From an uncultured Rickettsiales bacterium (GTDB taxonomy: Bacteria > Pseudomonadota > Alphaproteobacteria > Rickettsiales > RI-342), in NCBI GenBank assembly GCA_964435165.1, contig CAYSXY010000001.1, forward strand, positions 43,847-107,846: a DNA stretch of 64,000 nt. The letters run 5' to 3'. Shown here in pieces: positions 59,146 through 64,000 of the stretch; position 1 is the first letter of the stretch; every line of letters begins with the position of its first letter. The position numbers were made by a program, and so were the translations under genes. The notes under the pieces were generated by a model. It searched no databases and was not told where the DNA came from. It worked only from the letters and a program-made list of their open reading frames with translations.

Positions 59146-59547
59146 ATGGCCCGCGTCACCGTTGAAGATTGTATCGAAAAAATACCAAACCGTTATGAGC
59201 TGGTTGCGATGGCAGCCCGCCGTGCCAAGAATATTTCGGCCGGTGCCGCCCTTACTTTGCCACGTGATAATGACAAGGATGCGGTGATTGCGCTGCGTGA
59301 AATTGCCGAGGGGACGATTGATCTCGACCAGTTGCAGGACGAAGTTGTTCAAGGGTTCCAGCGTAAGCAGTTGATTGAATCACTAGCCAAGACAGGCGGC
59401 GAAGTGATGGCGGAAGGCGATGCTCACAAGCAGGAAATTGACGCCGTCTTCGCGGAAGAGCAAGGCACAACAGCCCAGCCGGATAATAAATCACTCGACG
59501 ATGCCGGCATGTCATTTGCCGGTGAAGATGTTGACGCCGAAGACTAA
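59146..59547 (+). CDS. rpoZ: DNA-directed RNA polymerase subunit omega
   Basis: [30 protein letters not shown]. Confidence 0.93.
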   Translation: MARVTVEDCIEKIPNRYELVAMAARRAKNISAGAALTLPRDNDKDAVIALREIAEGTIDLDQLQDEVVQGFQRKQLIESLAKTGGEVMAEGDAHKQEIDAVFAEEQGTTAQPDNKSLDDAGMSFAGEDVDAED

Positions 59548-59597
59548 GCCTGAGTTCCAGCGCTACATCATTTCATTTCTTATTTTGGCCACATTTA

Positions 59598-61781
59598 TCA
59601 GGCCGGTAGAACCATCACTGCGCGCGCGCCACCCGTGCGGCTATTTTCCAACACCAGTCGACCACCATGATCTTCCATGATTTTGCGGACGATCGCTAAC
59701 CCCAGGCCGGTTCCCCGGCTGCGCGTGGTCACATAAGGCTCCGTCAGTTGCGCCATTAATTCCTGGGGAAAGCCTGGGCCGTTATCCTCGACCGTGATAT
59801 GACACTCCCCTCCATGTTCGCGCAGGCTGACAGTAATGCTCGGCTCGGCAGTTCCTTGCTCATGCAGCACTTCTGCCGCATTTTTCAGCAAATTCCCCAA
59901 TGCCCGGCCTATCTGCCCGGCGTCGCAGCGGCGAGTGATTTTATTTTCCGGCACTTGTTTGGTGAAGCGAATATCCCCGGCACGCCCCTGCTCGGAGAAG
60001 GTGGCTTGTGACACCACATCGCGCAGATTGGTTTCATGCATATCGGGGGCAGGCATGCGGGCAAACGTGACGAATTCTTCGACCATCGCACGGATATCAC
60101 CCACATGGCGGACGATCGTTCCGACATATTTATCGAACAACTCGCTTTCTTTTGGCTCTTCAAGCTTGTTGCCATATTTGCGCTTGAGCCGCTCGGCGGA
60201 AAGCTGAATTGGCGTCAGCGGGTTTTTGATTTCATGGGCAACACGGCGGGCAACATCCGCCCAGGCGGCGTGGCGCTGCGCCTGCACCAGCCTGGTAATA
60301 TCGTCAAAGGTCACAATGTAGCCTTCCAGCATGACATCCTGCATGTCAGCCGCGACTCTAACATGAAGCGTCAGGGGTGTTTCTCCCTCACGTTCCAATG
60401 TGACATCGCCCTGCACGGTTTCCGACGGCTCGGCCTGCACCTGTTCCAATAATGCCGCCATTTCCGGAAGTAGTGTTGCCAGTTTGGTGCCGCCTACCTG
60501 CTTTTCGCCGATCTGCAACAGCTTTTCTGCCGGGCGATTCATCAGCATAATGCATTGGGCTTTGTCCAGAGCAATCACCCCTGCAGATACGCCGGCCAGT
60601 ACATTTTCAATAAAACGGCGGCGATCATCCAACTGGCGATTCACTTCGACCAGGGCCTTGCGTTGATGCCCCAGTTCGGTTGTCATACTGTTGAAAGCGT
60701 CCGCGAGCTCCCCCAGCTCATCGTCGCTGCGACCACCGTGAACGCGTGCCGAAAAATCCCCTGAACGGATGCGCTCCGCTGCCGATGCCAATTGGCCAAT
60801 CGGCCCCAGCAGTCGCCCGGCCAGATGCAACCCAACCCACAGTGCTGCCAGAAGCAGTAATAAGGTGACCAGTACAAAAATACCGAAAAACTGCCAGCGT
60901 AATTTGGTAATATGCTGCTGCAGTTCCTGATACTGCGCCATGCCGCCGCGCGAACGATCCAAATGGCTCAGCACTTTGGGATCAATAAAGCGTCCGACCA
61001 GTAAAAACCCATTCACGACACTATCCAACCCTACCAATGCCCGCACCCGGTCTTCCGTCTCGCTGGAGAGAATGACCACATCACCATTTGCGGCTTGCTG
61101 CATGGCCTCTATGGGCAGTTTTTCAAAGGTAAACGCAAAGCTTAAGGAAGAGCGTGCGATCATTTTATCCGGTTGAAAGACGATCAATTCCGTTACGCCG
61201 CGCAGGTTAGATTGCCCTGTGAGAAAGCGATTAAATAATTGTGTGTTTGCCCGCAATATCTGGGCCTGGCGATCAATATCGCCAGCAATCGCTAATGCAT
61301 CGGCACGGATGGTATTGCGATGCTCTTCAACATAGGCCTCAGCGACTGCGACAGATTCTTCCAGTGCCATACGCACCTTGGTATCAAACCAAATCTGAAT
61401 GCCGCCATAGAACAAATAACCGGCCAGAACCGAGACGACGACCCCCGGCCCAATGGCGAGGAACGAAAATGCCATCACCAACCGGCGCAATAAGCGTGTA
61501 CGTCGTGCATCGTGCAAGGTGCGCCAGATTGTGACCACCTGTTTGCCAACCACCACGGCGAGTGCCAGCAGCAAGAGCACGTTGACGGTAATCAGAATCC
61601 CGACTTGCTGGGGAGTAGCATTAAGCGGTGATTCAACGGATGAGAGTAAGATATAGGTCGAGACGGCTGAGAGAAAGGCCATGACCGCCAGGCTGATCGC
61701 GATATAACGCGATAAGGATTTTGGCCAGCCCAGTGCGCTGAGTGAGAGAGGAAAGCGGGAATCAGGTGTCGTTAACTGCAT
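59598..61781 (-). CDS. ntrY: NtrY-like PAS/HAMP sensor histidine kinase
   Basis: N-terminal TM cluster, HAMP, PAS, H-box VAHEIKNPLTPIQLSAERLKRKY, N/G boxes. Met at 61781 avoids overlap with dusB. Confidence 0.85.
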   Translation of the reverse strand: MQLTTPDSRFPLSLSALGWPKSLSRYIAISLAVMAFLSAVSTYILLSSVESPLNATPQQVGILITVNVLLLLALAVVVGKQVVTIWRTLHDARRTRLLRRLVMAFSFLAIGPGVVVSVLAGYLFYGGIQIWFDTKVRMALEESVAVAEAYVEEHRNTIRADALAIAGDIDRQAQILRANTQLFNRFLTGQSNLRGVTELIVFQPDKMIARSSLSFAFTFEKLPIEAMQQAANGDVVILSSETEDRVRALVGLDSVVNGFLLVGRFIDPKVLSHLDRSRGGMAQYQELQQHITKLRWQFFGIFVLVTLLLLLAALWVGLHLAGRLLGPIGQLASAAERIRSGDFSARVHGGRSDDELGELADAFNSMTTELGHQRKALVEVNRQLDDRRRFIENVLAGVSAGVIALDKAQCIMLMNRPAEKLLQIGEKQVGGTKLATLLPEMAALLEQVQAEPSETVQGDVTLEREGETPLTLHVRVAADMQDVMLEGYIVTFDDITRLVQAQRHAAWADVARRVAHEIKNPLTPIQLSAERLKRKYGNKLEEPKESELFDKYVGTIVRHVGDIRAMVEEFVTFARMPAPDMHETNLRDVVSQATFSEQGRAGDIRFTKQVPENKITRRCDAGQIGRALGNLLKNAAEVLHEQGTAEPSITVSLREHGGECHITVEDNGPGFPQELMAQLTEPYVTTRSRGTGLGLAIVRKIMEDHGGRLVLENSRTGGARAVMVLPA

Positions 61782-61795
61782 GCGCTGCCAAATGG

Positions 61796-62863
61796 TCAGT
61801 GCATCGCACGGTGATGACCGCACTCTATCAATGGTTCATAAAAACCGCGAATCGTGTCGATCACACGCTGTGGGTCCGTCAGCTTGTTGGCCTGATGGCG
61901 AAACTCAGCCGATCCGTGCAGACCCGAGCTATACCAGCCAACATGCTTGCGGGCAATGCGCACACCGTTTTCAGCGCCGTAAAAATCGATCATTTCCTGA
62001 TAATGATTCAGTATAAGCTCTAGTTGCTCGCTTAAGACCGGGTCGTCCGGCACCTCACCTGTCTCCAGATAATGTGCCATTTGTCCCGGAAACCAGGGAC
62101 GGCCATAGGCACCACGGCCAATCATCACGCCATCCGCACCGGACTGCGCCAACGCATCATCTACATCTTCACGCGTGGTAATATCGCCATTGACAATCAC
62201 CGGCAGGTTTACTGCCTCTTTCACGTCACGCACGAAGGCCCAGTCGGCATGCCCTTTATACATCTGACAGCGTGTGCGGCCATGGATGGTAATCATTTTG
62301 ATGCCAACATCTTCAGCAATGCGGGCCAGTGTCGGGGCGTTGCGGCAATCATGATCCCAACCAGTACGCATTTTCAAGGTGACGGGAATGGAGACTGCTT
62401 TTGCGGTTGCCTCCAATATTCTGCCGGCCAGTGCCTCGTCTTTCATCAATGCCGACCCGGCATAGCCGTTGACTACCTTTTTCACCGGACAGCCAAAATT
62501 AAGGTCAATCAGTGTTGCACCACGATCTTCATTGAGTTTGGCGGCTTCCGCCATCACCTGCGGATCGCACCCGGCCAGTTGCACAGCAAATGGATATTCC
62601 ATGGCATCAAAGGTCGCTTTTTGCATCGAGTTACGCGTCTCCAGAATCATTGCCCGGCTGGCAATCATCTCCGAGACAACCATGCCCACGCCGTAGCGCT
62701 TGGCAATGCGGCGGAATGGCAGATCGCTCACACCGGTCATCGGCGCCAGCAGCACATTATTCGGCAATTCAATATCGTCGATGCGTATCTTAGGGCGAAT
62801 CGCCGCACCGTTGATTGAGCCTGCGGCTTGTATGTTATGATGTTCGTGCGGTTGCGTTTGCAT
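61796..62863 (-). CDS. dusB: tRNA-dihydrouridine synthase B (NifR3 family)
   Basis: [32 protein letters not shown]. Confidence 0.9.
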   Translation of the reverse strand: MQTQPHEHHNIQAAGSINGAAIRPKIRIDDIELPNNVLLAPMTGVSDLPFRRIAKRYGVGMVVSEMIASRAMILETRNSMQKATFDAMEYPFAVQLAGCDPQVMAEAAKLNEDRGATLIDLNFGCPVKKVVNGYAGSALMKDEALAGRILEATAKAVSIPVTLKMRTGWDHDCRNAPTLARIAEDVGIKMITIHGRTRCQMYKGHADWAFVRDVKEAVNLPVIVNGDITTREDVDDALAQSGADGVMIGRGAYGRPWFPGQMAHYLETGEVPDDPVLSEQLELILNHYQEMIDFYGAENGVRIARKHVGWYSSGLHGSAEFRHQANKLTDPQRVIDTIRGFYEPLIECGHHRAMH

Positions 62864-63007
62864 TGCGTCTTTGTCCGGCTTGATTCACTCTATTCGTTCA
62901 TATTTACGTGTCTGTTGGGCGATACTCTCTTGTGCTATACGCGTATTTGCATCATAGCAATGGTGATGCAACAGCGCTTATAACCTGAAAACGCCTAGAT
63001 TTCCAGC

Positions 63008-64000
63008 ATGTCAGCACATCTGCCACGCATTGCCGCTATTATTGTCGCTGCCGGGTCCGGCACAAGGGCGGGAGGTGATGTTCCCAAACAGTATCAACCC
63101 ATCGCAGGGCAGCCCGTTTTACGTCATACCATCTGGCATTTTGTTGCGCACCCCGCCATTAGCAGCGTGCGGGTAGTGATTCATCCGGATAATGAGGCTC
63201 TGTATCTACAAGCGACAGAAGGACTCGCCCTTGCCGACCCCGTGCATGGTGGGTCAACGCGTCAGGATTCTGTCCGGCTGGGGCTGGAAGCGCTGCGCGG
63301 CGCAGACCAGCCCGATTATGTGCTGGTTCATGATGCTGCCCGGCCATTCGTAACTGAGACTATCATCAGCGCCGTGATTAACGCCATGCAGGAACATGAT
63401 GTTGCTATCGCCGCCTGCCCGGTGACAGACACGATTAAGCAGGTGGATGCACTTCACATCACCGATACGCTGGATCGCTCCCGCCTATGGGCCGCACAAA
63501 CACCGCAGGGCTTTGTGTTTCAAACATTGTATGATTTGCATCAACGCTTGGATGGTAGCGAATTTGGCGACGACGCGGCATTGGCGGAAAGCATGGGGCT
63601 TACAGTGGCCATCGTGCCATCCTCGCCTTACAATACCAAACTCACCACGGCAGAGGATATGACAATGGCATCACTGAGGCTAAGTGGCAGCATGGCGCCA
63701 CGTACCGGCATGGGGTTTGATGTGCATCGGCTGATTAAAGATGAAGCACGGCCCTTGATGCTGTGCGGTGTGGAAGTGCCATCCATGCTGGCGCTGGAAG
63801 GTCATTCCGATGCGGATGTTGGGTTACATGCACTGACAGATGCCGTGCTCGGCTGCATTGCTGATGGAGATATCGGCATGCATTTTTCACCCAAAGATGA
63901 GCGATGGAAAGATTGTGACTCCAGCCATTTTTTGCAGGAAGCCTGCCGCATGGCGAGTGAGAAAGGTGGACAGATACAGCATGTGGATGTCACATTGATT
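63008..64000 (+). CDS. ispDF: Bifunctional IspD/IspF (MEP cytidylyltransferase / MEcPP synthase), 3'-truncated by the window end
   Basis: Hand-translated open frame from the ATG at 63008: MSAHLPRIAAIIVAAGSGTRAGGDVPKQY (IspD), continuing without stops into GMGFDVHRL...GHSDADVGLHALTDA (IspF). Confidence 0.88.
   Translation, partial: MSAHLPRIAAIIVAAGSGTRAGGDVPKQYQPIAGQPVLRHTIWHFVAHPAISSVRVVIHPDNEALYLQATEGLALADPVHGGSTRQDSVRLGLEALRGADQPDYVLVHDAARPFVTETIISAVINAMQEHDVAIAACPVTDTIKQVDALHITDTLDRSRLWAAQTPQGFVFQTLYDLHQRLDGSEFGDDAALAESMGLTVAIVPSSPYNTKLTTAEDMTMASLRLSGSMAPRTGMGFDVHRLIKDEARPLMLCGVEVPSMLALEGHSDADVGLHALTDAVLGCIADGDIGMHFSPKDERWKDCDSSHFLQEACRMASEKGGQIQHVDVTLI

Noticed and set aside
62072-62818. 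248-aa + strand ORF.
   Set aside because: It is antisense to dusB, which has clear family motifs. It is a GC-driven shadow ORF.

Overview
This 64-kb chromosomal segment is roughly 50% GC by eye. Gene content and local synteny point to an alphaproteobacterium: addA-trxA, split pntAA/pntAB/pntB, dusB-ntrY, fused ispDF, class II DAHP synthase and an archaeal-genre valS. Most of the window is housekeeping: uvrA 3' end, bfd-bfr with a Fur-box-like site, apaG, hutH, mscS, kbl, dxs, a 10-gene Mrp-type antiporter cluster, aro/pheA, kdsA, pnt, an aldo-keto reductase, a CDF transporter, photolyase, folB, udg and rpoZ. The stand-out is a roughly 13-kb accessory surface/biofilm island at 15.2-28.0 kb with three modules. 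(i) A transmembrane receptor with a degenerate HD-GYP domain lies divergent from a LapG-like BTLCP cysteine protease. (ii) A TpsB/TpsA two-partner secretion pair has a short TpsA that ends in a PAAG motif followed by a Cys pair, which resembles the CdrA retention and release logic. (iii) A five-gene cluster resembles the Pseudomonas Fap functional-amyloid machinery. It encodes a coiled-coil plus beta-barrel outer-membrane protein, a 706-aa secreted protein that is almost entirely a D/N/S-rich 9-nt-periodic repeat, two small secreted paralogues sharing its C-terminal Q/N/G-rich module, and a periplasmic C39 peptidase. Lesser items: an orphan RepA/AAA_25-like P-loop gene, a divergent pair of orphan membrane proteins with a shared internal module, a hairpin-dense 490-bp intergenic region with an orphan terminator, and an orphan TadE-like pair. 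No rRNA, tRNA, CRISPR array, transposase or integrase was recognised. All family calls rest on motif recognition by eye, with no searches run.
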